From positions 352,001 to 416,000 of the forward strand of contig CAWBBV010000007.1 in assembly GCA_963787125.1 (NCBI GenBank): a stretch of DNA of 64,000 nucleotides, read 5' to 3'. This stretch comes from an uncultured delta proteobacterium (GTDB lineage Bacteria; Desulfobacterota; Desulfuromonadia; Geobacterales; DSM-12255). A program made the position numbers and the translations under genes. Shown here piece after piece: positions 51,589-63,103 of the stretch (position 1 is its first letter; each line of letters opens with the position of its first letter). Under the pieces are notes generated by a model. That model was not told the DNA's origin. It saw only the letters and a program-made list of their open reading frames with translations, and did not search any database.

Positions 51589-52140
51589 ATGAACGTTGCT
51601 GAAGCTAACAAGATCATTGCTGATGCCGATCTGCTGGCTGATGAAGTTGAGGTTGCGGCAGCCATAGGCAGACTTGGCCGGGAGATGACTGCACGGCTTG
51701 CCGAGAAAAGACCGATAATGCTCTGTGTCATGAACGGCGCACTGATTTTTGCCGGGCAGCTACTGACAAAGCTGGTGTTCCCGCTTGAGGTTGAATATAT
51801 TCATGTCAGCCGCTACGGCTCAGAGCATCAGGGGGGCGCTCTTGACTGGCTTGTCCGCCCCACAAGAGATCTTGAAGGCCGCACGGTTGTCCTGCTCGAC
51901 GACATTCTTGATGAAGGAGTAACACTTGCTGCAATCGCTGATTATTGCGTGGCGGCTGGTGCTGCCGAAGTGTTGATGGCCGTGTTGGTCGACAAGCTTC
52001 ATGACCGGAAGGTCAAGCCAGGGTACAAAGCGGATTTTAGCGGAATAGAAACAGAGGATCGCTTTTTGTTCGGCTATGGCCTCGACTACAAAGGTTTCTG
52101 GCGTAATGCACCGGGAATCTATGCAGTGAAGGGGTTGTGA
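51589..52140 (+). CDS. hpt: Hypoxanthine-guanine phosphoribosyltransferase
   Basis: VLLDDILDEGVTL PRPP loop, FGYGLDY. Confidence 0.9.
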   Translation: MNVAEANKIIADADLLADEVEVAAAIGRLGREMTARLAEKRPIMLCVMNGALIFAGQLLTKLVFPLEVEYIHVSRYGSEHQGGALDWLVRPTRDLEGRTVVLLDDILDEGVTLAAIADYCVAAGAAEVLMAVLVDKLHDRKVKPGYKADFSGIETEDRFLFGYGLDYKGFWRNAPGIYAVKGL

Positions 52141-52193
52141 CGTCTGCAGGGTTTTTCTGCTTTTAAAAAAACATGAGGTTTGAAGAGACAATC

Positions 52194-53903
52194 ATGAGTG
52201 ATGATATTTCGATAGCAGCTGAGGAGTCAGTACCCGGAGTGGTGAGCAAGTCAGAAGTTGCTCTGGCGACGGACATCATGCTGACGATGGTGAAAACCGC
52301 TAAGGGGGTCAAGCTGTACCAGGCCAACAGCCCCCTTCTGGTACAATTTTTTCAGGAGCTGGCGGAAAAAATGTCAGCCATGCTCACTCAATACAGTGAA
52401 TACAAGCTGGATGTTGAGCGATTCGAGCTCAGATACAAGGGGCAACTGGTTTATGAAAACCCCGACATCAAAGAGAGTCTGGCTTTTCGGATGTATTCGG
52501 ATGGTATAAGGTCGATTATCTTCAGGCAGGGTCTTGCCGAGTGGGAACTTAAAGATTTTCTTGAAATAGTCAACATGAACGCCGCCTACTCGGTGGACGA
52601 TGATATTGTCACTCTCCTCTGGGACAAAGGACTGCCACACTTTACTTATATTCTTGAAGACGATTACCAGGAAATTGACAAACAGATTGATGAACAGCTG
52701 GTCGGACTGTCCGCACAAAGGAAAACCCTCTCTGCTTTTCCAAAAGATCCATTCTCTTTGGCAGCACCGCTTGCGGCGATTCCGGACAATCTGTTAGCTG
52801 TTTCAGCCGATAATATGGCCGCTTTGAAGGAATTTATCGAATCTGAAGCGCGACTGAGGCCGCTGGAAGAGAGTGCCAGAATATTGTCTGCCATCCTTTC
52901 GGGCGCTCAGGCCAATGAGCTTTTTACAGAATTTCTCGAAATTTACCTGAAGTTTGCGAGGAATCTCTTTGCTTCCGGCGAGATTGAAGTTGCGCTCAAG
53001 ATGTTTGCTTTCCTCCACAGGAAGGCAACCGCTTCGGAGGCCTCTGCCGAGAGGAGTCGGGCGATTCAGCTTGCACTCGGCAGATTCTGGACGGAAGAAG
53101 CACTCAATGGGCTCTGTAAATGTATTGATACGACTGAGGCGGTTTCTCTTGATGGACTGAAGATAGTGGCGGTCATGATTGGTCAGACTTCCTCGTCGGC
53201 ACTTTGCGAGCTTCTCGGCCTTGTCGGGAAGATGAAGATGCGGAAGGTGTTGATAGATGCATTAATCAATATAGCCAGAGATAACCCGCATATTCTCCTG
53301 CCGTATTTCAAGGATTCCAGATGGTATCTGGTAAGGAATATGGTGACAATCCTTATCCAGCTGAAAAATACCGCCCTGTTGGAGCAGGTAGTCACGCTTA
53401 TCACTCACCGCGAGCTGAGGGTAAGGAAAGAGGTTTTGAAATACCTGTTATCGGTTCCGGACCCAAAGGCTAAGCCTTATATTCTGAAGTTCCTGCGCGA
53501 TGAAGCCTCTTCCATGAGGATTACGGCTGTGCAGCTGATGGGGAGAGCAAGACTGCAGCTCGCGTTGAAACCATTAATTGATTTTGTCAATTCTGAAGCG
53601 TTTGATGTTATAAGCATTTCTGAGAAAAAAGCGGTTTACGAGGCTATTGCCGAGCTTGGCGTTGAAAAAGCGCTGCCGCTCTTCAAAAAAATGCTTACAA
53701 ACAAGTTTCACTTCAACAGGGCTGGGGAGAAAGAGGCTGTTATCTGCGCAGCTGCCGGTCTCCAGAAAATTCCTGGTGAAGAGAGCATAAAGCTGCTGAA
53801 AGAGGCGCTGCGGGCAAAGACCAGGGATCACCACGAGGTCATAATCAGTGCCATCGAGATGCTCGTTAAGGCTGCGCCTGTCTCACTGCAAAAGGAAGAC
53901 TGA
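52194..53903 (+). CDS. HEAT repeat protein
   Basis: DSRWYLVRN, ELRVRKE, SMRITAV helical repeats in C-terminal half. Confidence 0.78.
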   Translation: MSDDISIAAEESVPGVVSKSEVALATDIMLTMVKTAKGVKLYQANSPLLVQFFQELAEKMSAMLTQYSEYKLDVERFELRYKGQLVYENPDIKESLAFRMYSDGIRSIIFRQGLAEWELKDFLEIVNMNAAYSVDDDIVTLLWDKGLPHFTYILEDDYQEIDKQIDEQLVGLSAQRKTLSAFPKDPFSLAAPLAAIPDNLLAVSADNMAALKEFIESEARLRPLEESARILSAILSGAQANELFTEFLEIYLKFARNLFASGEIEVALKMFAFLHRKATASEASAERSRAIQLALGRFWTEEALNGLCKCIDTTEAVSLDGLKIVAVMIGQTSSSALCELLGLVGKMKMRKVLIDALINIARDNPHILLPYFKDSRWYLVRNMVTILIQLKNTALLEQVVTLITHRELRVRKEVLKYLLSVPDPKAKPYILKFLRDEASSMRITAVQLMGRARLQLALKPLIDFVNSEAFDVISISEKKAVYEAIAELGVEKALPLFKKMLTNKFHFNRAGEKEAVICAAAGLQKIPGEESIKLLKEALRAKTRDHHEVIISAIEMLVKAAPVSLQKED

Positions 53904-55346
53904 ATGGAGACGCTGACAAACCCTGATCAGCTTGAAAAGGTGCTGCTGCAGGCAGGCAGGAGCCTCGTGACCCGTTTTTTTGTGCTGCTTAAAACTGCAC
54001 AAAACTACCGTGAAGGTCATGCTGCCCTGACCGCACCTATCGAGCAGTTCCTGACCGTAATTCGTAACATGCACAAAATGAATGCTGAAGCATCGCTACG
54101 GCTGAAAGGGGGGTATCTGTTTCTCGGCGATCTACGCCTTAAGCCCGATGCTTCCGGTTTTGAAGCCTTCAGGTTTACGATGGAGGAGATGAAGCGCTGT
54201 TTTCTGGGAGCGATGACCTTTGTTCCGGGAGTCGCACCTTCTGATATAATAGGGTTTATCTACACCCTGCTCAAACTTGAAAATACCCAGTCAGAGCCGG
54301 CATTTTCTGAACTGCAGAACCGCATGAACGCTGCCGGTATTAACCGCATCGAGTTGGAAGTTATGACTATGGTGGCCGACTACTCCCTTAGTGACGACGA
54401 TGTCAGGATGGACAGTAAATCACGGGCCAAGCGGATATATTTTCAGGCAATCATTGCCGTCGATGAAATGATGAACGCTGCCACAACAGGGAAAACCCTC
54501 CGCCTTGCCAAGGCCAAAAGGGTTGTTCAGGGGATGGTCGATCAGATTCTTACCGACCCCAGCGATCTGATCGGTCTTACTACTCTTAAATGCCGCGAAA
54601 AATACTCGAGCAACCATCCGGTCAATGTTTGTATCCTTGCCATGATTGTGGGGCTCAAGGCCGGTCTTGCCAAAAGCAGTTGCTGTGAACTCGGGCTGAC
54701 CGCTCTCTGTCATGATATCGGCAAAACAAGGTTATCACCGGAGCTGCTTGATAAAAACACTGAATTTACTCAAAGCGACTGGCTTGAGATGCAGAAACAT
54801 CCGCTACTTGGTGTCAAGCTGCTGCTGGAGTTAAAGCAGTTTGATAATTTGAGCGCCAGAATGATAGCCGTGGCCTTTGAACATCATCTCCTCTACGACT
54901 TCTCTGGCTATCCCAGCGGAGCGTACCAGAAAATGGGACTGTTTGCCCGCATCATAAATGTTGCCGATGATTATGACGCGTTCACTTCAGCAAGGGTTTA
55001 CTCCAGGGCTGCCAAAGAACCGGAAAAGGTTATCCGTTTCATGCTTTCCAGATCCGGCAAGAGCTACGATCCTGTTATCCTCAAACTGTTTGTCGCCGAG
55101 ATCGGCATCTATCCCGTCGGGACATTCCTGCTGCTTAAATCAAAGGAGCTGGCGATTGTAGTCAAAAACAGGCAACCGCCGCTAAGCCTTGCTACCCCTT
55201 GGGTAAAACTGATTACGACTCCTGATGGCGAGGCGATAGATGGTGAAATTGTTGACACTGCCGATATTTCGTCCCCAGAGAGAGCTATTCTGGGCATTAT
55301 CGATGCGGAAAAGCTGTCGATGGATCCTGCCGTATTTTTTGTATAG
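53904..55346 (+). CDS. HD-GYP domain phosphohydrolase (putative c-di-GMP phosphodiesterase)
   Basis: H..NV, HDIGK, EHH, SGYP, ADDYDA; starts directly after HEAT gene stop. Confidence 0.85.
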   Translation: METLTNPDQLEKVLLQAGRSLVTRFFVLLKTAQNYREGHAALTAPIEQFLTVIRNMHKMNAEASLRLKGGYLFLGDLRLKPDASGFEAFRFTMEEMKRCFLGAMTFVPGVAPSDIIGFIYTLLKLENTQSEPAFSELQNRMNAAGINRIELEVMTMVADYSLSDDDVRMDSKSRAKRIYFQAIIAVDEMMNAATTGKTLRLAKAKRVVQGMVDQILTDPSDLIGLTTLKCREKYSSNHPVNVCILAMIVGLKAGLAKSSCCELGLTALCHDIGKTRLSPELLDKNTEFTQSDWLEMQKHPLLGVKLLLELKQFDNLSARMIAVAFEHHLLYDFSGYPSGAYQKMGLFARIINVADDYDAFTSARVYSRAAKEPEKVIRFMLSRSGKSYDPVILKLFVAEIGIYPVGTFLLLKSKELAIVVKNRQPPLSLATPWVKLITTPDGEAIDGEIVDTADISSPERAILGIIDAEKLSMDPAVFFV

Positions 55347-55393
55347 TTGCCAGGTATGAACAGCTTGATCCTCCAGATCGGGCAAACTTTATA

Positions 55394-55446
55394 TTGACAA
55401 AACAACGCATCTTTACCACAATCTAGCTAGTTAAGCTGGCTAGATT
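55394..55446 (+). promoter_or_regulatory. Promoter and autoregulatory palindrome of phd-vapC
   Basis: TTGACA-17 bp-CACAAT overlapped by AATCTAGC...GCTAGATT inverted repeat. Confidence 0.65.
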
Positions 55447-55462
55447 TATAAGGAGGCAAAGT

Positions 55463-55723
55463 ATGAGATCTGAATCGTGGCGCTTACAGGATGCCAAAAA
55501 TCAGTTCAGTAAAGTAGTTGAGGCGGCACTTCATGGTGAACCGCAGCATGTGACCCGGCGTGGGCGTGAAGTGGTGGTAATTGTGGCAGCTGATGAATAT
55601 GTACGACTTGAAAAGTTCAAGGCTGCCTCTATGCCCCGGTTTGTGGATCATTTGCTGGCGCTTCCAAAGGATGATGTTGAGTTTGAAAGGTTGCCGTTTA
55701 ATTCCCGCGAGGTTGAATTCTGA
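55463..55723 (+). CDS. Phd/YefM family antitoxin
   Basis: WRLQDAKNQFSKVV...PQHVTRRG. Confidence 0.9.
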   Translation: MRSESWRLQDAKNQFSKVVEAALHGEPQHVTRRGREVVVIVAADEYVRLEKFKAASMPRFVDHLLALPKDDVEFERLPFNSREVEF

Positions 55724-56145
55724 TGTGGCTTCTCGATACGATGGTTATTTCCGAACTTCGCAAGCGAACTCCTGACCAAAATGTTGTCAACTGGCTCTCT
55801 TTGGCCCCCGAAAAAAGTCTCTTTCTCAGCGTAGTGGCCATAAGTGAAATTCAGCGCGGCATAGCTTTGCAACGGAATAAAGATGCTCTCTTTGCCGGGC
55901 GGCTGCAATCTTGGCTGGACGAGATGATGCGGAATTATGGTGATCGTGTGCTGCCGGTTACTCCGGAAATTGCCTGCCTTTGGGGAGAGCTCACTGCACG
56001 CGTTGGTCATGACGGCGCTGATGTTCTAATCGCTGCCACTGCTCTTCAGCATGGTTTGTCCGTGGTGACCCGAAATGAGCGACATTTCAGCCCGTTTTCA
56101 GTTCCGGTTCTGAATCCTTACGACTACAACATATTGAAAAATTGA
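55723..56145 (+). CDS. vapC: VapC PIN-domain toxin
   Basis: LLDT.VISE, D.LIAATAL, VVTRN.RHF, NP. Confidence 0.92.
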   Translation: MWLLDTMVISELRKRTPDQNVVNWLSLAPEKSLFLSVVAISEIQRGIALQRNKDALFAGRLQSWLDEMMRNYGDRVLPVTPEIACLWGELTARVGHDGADVLIAATALQHGLSVVTRNERHFSPFSVPVLNPYDYNILKN

Positions 56146-56207
56146 TGCCCCGTTTTTGTGCGTTAAATCCCCCGCCTGCAATCATCTATTCCCTCTTTAA
56201 AGTTGCT

Positions 56208-56364
56208 CCTGATTAGTGCTAATCATCCGCAGTAATGAGCTTACGACATATTCTGTCATAGGTGTATGTTCGGTACACGGTAATAAACCTCTAAGGAGAT
56301 TACCGTGAAGAACAAAATTCAGTTTCAGCCTGGTTTAAGCCTAAGTCAATTCATTCACCAGTAA
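56208..56364 (+). mobile_element. IS1595-family left-end remnant
   Basis: Begins CCTGATTA (terminal-repeat-like); RBS plus GTG-KNKIQFQPGLSLSQFIHQ* resembling IS1595 transposase N-termini. Confidence 0.6.
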
Positions 56365-56489
56365 GGGTCGTGCTTAACAAAGGATGTCCTTGTTGTGAGC
56401 ATTCTCGCTAGAACACTACGATGCCGCCAACATAGTCCTTGTCATTTTTACCCTTTCTGATATTCTGAATTCAGAAATTAGAGGTTCCC

Positions 56490-56780
56490 ATGAAAGCAGC
56501 GGCTTGTTACAAGACAGAGGTTCGGCAAAGGGGCCAAGTGACCATACCGAAACGGATTCGTGACGCCAGCGGGTTTGATGAAGGGTGCGCAGTCACCATC
56601 ATCTCCTTGGGAGAGAGCATCTTATTGACTCCTAAGCGGCTTGAACTTGACGAAGCTCGGCGGGAGATCAGGAAAATCGTCCGCGCGACCGGGATGTCGG
56701 CTGACAAGGTTTTAGCCGGACTTGGCGAGGAGCGGCAATCGCTCTTTGAGGAACTGTATGGCGCGAAAAACCCCGAATAA
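56490..56780 (+). CDS. AbrB/MazE-type antitoxin
   Basis: VRQRGQVTIPKRIR; palindrome TTCTGAATTCAGAA upstream. Confidence 0.85.
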   Translation: MKAAACYKTEVRQRGQVTIPKRIRDASGFDEGCAVTIISLGESILLTPKRLELDEARREIRKIVRATGMSADKVLAGLGEERQSLFEELYGAKNPE

Positions 56781-57216
56781 CCGCGTTTTCCTCGACTCCA
56801 ATGTAATCATCTCCGGCCTCCTATCAGACAAGGGCGCCCCTCGAATAATTCTCGATCTGCTTTGCCTGCATCTTCCCCATCTCAACGGGCTGACCGGTCG
56901 TTACAACTTGCTGGAGGTTGAGCGGAACCTGCAACGCAAGCTGCCATTGGCCCTACCGGTTTTTCACGAATACTTCCCGCGCATGAATATGGAGATCATA
57001 CCCCTGCCGACGCCCATGGAACTTGACCCGTGGTTTGGCATCACCGCCGACAAGGACGTGCCGGTGATCGTTTCTGCAATCATTGGGAAAGCGGATTTTC
57101 TTGTAACCGGCGACCACAAGGACTTTGGATCGTTAAAGACGAATAAGAGATTGCCGTTCAGGATAGTTACTCCAAGCGAGTTTGTAGATTGTGTCAGTAG
57201 TCTGGTCGGGCAGTAA
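56758..57216 (+). CDS. PIN-domain toxin
   Basis: VFLDSNVIISG, KDVPVI..A, ADFLVTGDHKDF, TPSEF. Confidence 0.85.
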   Translation: MARKTPNNRVFLDSNVIISGLLSDKGAPRIILDLLCLHLPHLNGLTGRYNLLEVERNLQRKLPLALPVFHEYFPRMNMEIIPLPTPMELDPWFGITADKDVPVIVSAIIGKADFLVTGDHKDFGSLKTNKRLPFRIVTPSEFVDCVSSLVGQ

Positions 57217-57292
57217 GAGAATCGGGATGGGGGAATGCCACTGGCGGAATTTTGAAATCGTATAAAGCGAGGCCTTTAAGAGGTGATAGCCC

Positions 57293-57339
57293 GCAGTAAA
57301 GGCGAGGAGACAGAGAATCTGTCTCCTCGCCTTTACTGC
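57293..57339. repeat. Perfect 22-bp hairpin between convergent genes
   Basis: GCAGTAAAGGCGAGGAGACAGA-GAA-TCTGTCTCCTCGCCTTTACTGC. Confidence 0.9.
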
Positions 57340-57370
57340 CCATATGTGCGAAATGTAAATTAGAAATGTG

Positions 57371-58495
57371 CTACCCCTTGCTCTTCCCCTTCTCCTCACT
57401 CAGATACCCCGCCAGAAACTCCCGTTTATAATCCATGAAGCACCCTGCCTCAATACTTTCCCGGATTTCAGCCATCATCTTCAGATAGAAGTGGACATTG
57501 TGAATGCTGGCAAGGATGGCGGAGAGGACTTCGTTGGCGTTGAAGAGGTGGTGGATGTATGCACGGCTGAAGTTGGTGCAGGCGTAGCAGGAGCAGCTCG
57601 GGTCGATGGGGTAGAAGTCGCGGCGATAGTTCTTGTTGGTGAGGCGGATTCTGCCCCTGCGGGTGAAAAGGGTGGCGCTCCTTGCGTAGCGGGTCGGGAT
57701 GACGCAGTCGAACATATCCATGCCCCGCTCGACACTCTCAAGAATATCCTCAGGCAGACCGACCCCCATCAGATAACGGGGTTTATCCTCAGGCAGAAAC
57801 GGAGCGGTCATGGCAACGACTTTTTTAAGCAGCTCCAGCCCTTCACCGACCGATACCCCACCGATGGCATAGCCGGGGAAATCCATGTCCACCATCTCCC
57901 GGGCGCACATCTTGCGCAGATCTTCATAGACGCTCCCCTGGACAATGCCGAACAGCGCCTGATCCTTGCGGGTCTGGGCTTTCAGGCACTGCTCTGCCCA
58001 GCGGAGAGTTTTTCTGGTTGAATCCGTGGCATATTTTTTGTCGCAAGGGTAGGGGATGCACTCGTCAAAGGCCATGATGATGTCGGCGCCGAGTGCCTCC
58101 TGGATGGCAATAGCCCGGGCCGGGTCAAGGTAAACCTCCTCGCCGGTGATTTCGTGTTTGAAATAAGCGCCGTCTTCGGTTATCCGTTTATTGGGGAGCG
58201 AGAAGACCTGAAAACCGCCCGAATCGGTCAGGATCGGCTTGTCCCAGGCCATGAACTTGTGGAGCCCGCCAGCCTTCTCAATCAAACCTTCGCCGGGACG
58301 CAGGTGGAGATGGTAGGTGTTGGAAAGGATTATCTGGGCACCGGTGGCAGTAACCTGCTCCGGAGTCATCGCCTTCATGGCGGCGTGGGTGCCGACCGGC
58401 ATGAAAATCGGGGTTTCAATGGTGCCGTGGGGAGTTTCGAGGCGACCGCGTCTGGCGGCACTGCCGGAGTCTTTTTTAATAAGAGTGAATTTCAT
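57371..58495 (-). CDS. tgt: Queuine tRNA-ribosyltransferase
   Basis: FMPVGT, LTDSGGFQVFSL, DMFDCVIPTR, CSCYAC, HN. Confidence 0.96.
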   Translation of the reverse strand: MKFTLIKKDSGSAARRGRLETPHGTIETPIFMPVGTHAAMKAMTPEQVTATGAQIILSNTYHLHLRPGEGLIEKAGGLHKFMAWDKPILTDSGGFQVFSLPNKRITEDGAYFKHEITGEEVYLDPARAIAIQEALGADIIMAFDECIPYPCDKKYATDSTRKTLRWAEQCLKAQTRKDQALFGIVQGSVYEDLRKMCAREMVDMDFPGYAIGGVSVGEGLELLKKVVAMTAPFLPEDKPRYLMGVGLPEDILESVERGMDMFDCVIPTRYARSATLFTRRGRIRLTNKNYRRDFYPIDPSCSCYACTNFSRAYIHHLFNANEVLSAILASIHNVHFYLKMMAEIRESIEAGCFMDYKREFLAGYLSEEKGKSKG

Positions 58496-58626
58496 GGGTG
58501 AATTGAACCTTCCGGATTAATTTAGGCGCTAAGTTTTGCGGGATTATCCGCCATCATTGCGGGGGTGTCAAGAAGCGCGGCTTCATTTGGGCGCCAGAGA
58601 GACAGAATTGTTACTGCTTCTGGACA

Positions 58627-58673
58627 CTGTATACAATATTTATGTTGATTTTTTCTAAAACTTTGCTTAGTAT
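58627..58673 (+). promoter_or_regulatory. frdCAB promoter candidate with upstream TGTATACA palindrome
   Basis: CTGTATACAA, then TTGATT-17 bp-TAGTAT. Confidence 0.5.
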
Positions 58674-58873
58674 TCGTTCGCAAATTTCAGGATTTATCTC
58701 TGTTTTATAAAGCTGTTTCTGCAAGCAACCACATTTCGCGAAAGGCAGGGATAATGCAAAAATTCAGCAGCTTACGAGGTCCTCCCTAGAATCTTCAACC
58801 AAATTTAGTTTTATCAACTTTTAGCAGGAACAATTCACCCAGCAGTAAATCTCTAGCAGAAAGGGAAAGAAAC

Positions 58874-59539
58874 ATGCAAATACTCAAGAGTGTCGTGGGA
58901 AGAAAGGTTTTCATGGCGATCACCGGCCAGTGCATGGTCCTGTTCGCCGTTGTCCACATGTTGGGCAATTCATCCATTTTCGTTGGGCCTGACGGCATCA
59001 ACGCCTATGCAAAGCATCTGCATGACCTGGGGGCGCTGGTATGGCTCTTTCGCGGCGGACTGTTTGCGCTTGTGTCAGTCCATATTCTTTTTGGAATTCA
59101 GCTGACACTGGAGAACAGTGCAGCCAATCCGACCGGATATGCTGTCAAGAAGCAGCTGAAAGCAACCTTTGCCAGCTCAACCATGATCTGGACAGGGACC
59201 ATCCTTGCACTGTTCATCATCGGACATATTCTGCACTTTACTGCCAGAGTAACTCCTGGTGTCGTCCAGGGCGTCGATGCTTTGGGTCGCTTCGATGTCT
59301 TTGCCATGGTGGTATCGGCATTCAGGAACGGCGGCGTTGCTGCTCTTTACCTCTTGGCAATGTGCGCTCTTTTCTTGCATCTTTCACACGGCATTCAAAG
59401 CTTTTTCCAGACAATGGGATGGAACACTGATAAAACCCAGTGCACTATTTCTGCAGTTGGTAAAGCTGTTGCCTTCATCCTGCTCGCCGGTTATGCGGTA
59501 ATTCCGCTCTCCATCATGGCCAGCGCTTTGATTAAATAG
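58874..59539 (+). CDS. frdC: Fumarate reductase/succinate dehydrogenase cytochrome b subunit
   Basis: SVVGRK..MAITG, HMLGN, HLSHG; multiple TM His ligands. Confidence 0.92.
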   Translation: MQILKSVVGRKVFMAITGQCMVLFAVVHMLGNSSIFVGPDGINAYAKHLHDLGALVWLFRGGLFALVSVHILFGIQLTLENSAANPTGYAVKKQLKATFASSTMIWTGTILALFIIGHILHFTARVTPGVVQGVDALGRFDVFAMVVSAFRNGGVAALYLLAMCALFLHLSHGIQSFFQTMGWNTDKTQCTISAVGKAVAFILLAGYAVIPLSIMASALIK

Positions 59540-59549
59540 GGGGTTCAGA

Positions 59550-61465
<1,916 letters not shown>

Positions 61466-61466
<1 letters not shown>

Positions 61467-62230
61467 TGAGCGATCACAATTCCAATACCATGAATCTCAC
61501 CCTCCATGTCTGGCGTCAGAAGGGACCAAGCGCACCGGGCAAGCTGGAGACTTACGAAGCAAAGCATGTCAGCCCGGACATGTCCTTTCTGGAGATGGTC
61601 GATGAAGTCAACGAGACCCTGATCAAGAAAGGCGTCGATCCGATAGCCTTTGACCATGACTGCCGCGAAGGCATCTGCGGGATGTGTTCCATGGTTGTTA
61701 ACGGCGTCCCTCATGGCGGCCAGGACCGTACCACTGTCTGCCAGCTGCATATGCGTTCGTTCAAAAACGGCGACAGCATTTTTATCGAGCCGTGGAGGGC
61801 CACTGCCTTTCCGATAATCAAGGACCTGGTTGTTGACCGTAGCGCCCTTGATACCATCATTCAGGCTGGCGGCTACACTTCCTGTCACACCGGCGGAATT
61901 CCCGATGGCAATGCTATCCTGATTCCGAAACCGGAAGCGGATTACGCCATGGACGCTGCCGAGTGCATCGGTTGCGGCGCTTGTGTCGCCGGCTGCCCGA
62001 ACGGTTCGGCAATGCTCTTTACCAGTGGCAAGGTTGCACAACTTGCAGCTCTGCCCCAAGGCAAGGCTGAAGCGTCAGCACGGGTTCATGCCATGACCGA
62101 AGCTCTCAAGGATTGCGGTTTTGGTAACTGTACCAATCACTACGAGTGTCAGGCATCCTGTCCAAAAGGGGTAAACGTCAAGTTTATCGCCAAGCTGAAC
62201 AGAGAGTATCTGAAAGCTATTGCCTGCTAG
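61466..62230 (+). CDS. frdB: Fumarate reductase/succinate dehydrogenase Fe-S subunit
   Basis: [33 protein letters not shown]. Confidence 0.96.
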
Positions 62231-62255
62231 GGATTAAGCTTTAGTTGCAGTAACT

Positions 62256-62290
62256 AGAGGGGCGGGTCTTTTGGGCCCGCCCCTCTTTTT
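62256..62290 (+). terminator. Intrinsic terminator after frdB
   Basis: AGAGGGGCGGG/CCCGCCCCTCT stem plus T run. Confidence 0.85.
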
Positions 62291-62296
62291 GTCTGT

Positions 62297-62321
62297 TTAC
62301 TTGACTAAATTGGTGGGGTAT
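62297..62321. promoter_or_regulatory. IscR/Rrf2 type-1-like box upstream of cysE
   Basis: TTACTTGACTAAATTGGTGGGGTAT matches ATASYYGACTRWWWYAGTCRRSTAT at 22/25 by hand alignment. Confidence 0.6.
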
Positions 62322-62361
62322 GCTAACCACGAGGTTGTGGGTGAATTAGAGGAGGTGGCAG

Positions 62362-63033
62362 ATGTTTTCCCGAATGAAAGAGGATATTGACTCGGTCTTT
62401 GACCGTGATCCGGCGGCGCGCAATGTAGTGGAGGTTCTTTTCTGTTATCCGGGGCTCCACGCCATCTGGATGCACCGGATTGCTCACTGGTTCTGGACCC
62501 ACGACCTGCTGTTTCTGGGGCGCTTCACTTCACAGGTATCCCGCTTTATCACCGGCATTGAGATTCACCCCGGCGCAAAAATAGGGCGTAAATTCTTCAT
62601 CGATCACGGTATGGGTGTGGTTGTCGGCGAAACCGCCGAGATTGGCGATAATGTCACCATGTATCACGGCGTCACCCTTGGTGGCGTGACCTGGGACAAG
62701 GTGAAGCGCCATCCGACCATCGGTGATAATGTGGTTATCGGTTCCGGTGCGAAAGTTCTCGGCCCTTTCACCGTCGGCGCCAACAGCAAGATCGGTTCAA
62801 ACTCGGTCGTGGTAAAAGAAGTCCCGCCCAACTCCTCGGTTGTCGGCATCCCCGGCAGAGTAGTTATGACCGAAGGGCAGCAACCGGTAAAACCGGATCT
62901 GCAGCACGGTATTATGCCTGATCCGGAGGCAAAGGCGATTTCCTGCCTCTTTGACCAGATTCGCGAACTGGACAGAAAATACAGTGCTCTTGCCGGTGAG
63001 CATGAGGCGCTGAAGAAGAAGCTTCCTGAGTAG
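62362..63033 (+). CDS. cysE: Serine O-acetyltransferase
   Basis: RDPAAR, YPGLHA, IEIHPGA, FIDHGMG, KRHPT. Confidence 0.96.
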   Translation: MFSRMKEDIDSVFDRDPAARNVVEVLFCYPGLHAIWMHRIAHWFWTHDLLFLGRFTSQVSRFITGIEIHPGAKIGRKFFIDHGMGVVVGETAEIGDNVTMYHGVTLGGVTWDKVKRHPTIGDNVVIGSGAKVLGPFTVGANSKIGSNSVVVKEVPPNSSVVGIPGRVVMTEGQQPVKPDLQHGIMPDPEAKAISCLFDQIRELDRKYSALAGEHEALKKKLPE

Positions 63034-63058
63034 GGCTATACAGTCGGTATAGATTTAT

Positions 63059-63085
63059 CGGGAGGTCGCAAGACTTCCCGTTTTT
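63059..63085 (+). terminator. Terminator-like hairpin between cysE and mnmA
   Basis: CGGGAGGTC-GCAA-GACTTCCCG-TTTTT. Confidence 0.75.
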
Positions 63086-63103
63086 GTTTGGAGAATCTGA
63101 GTG

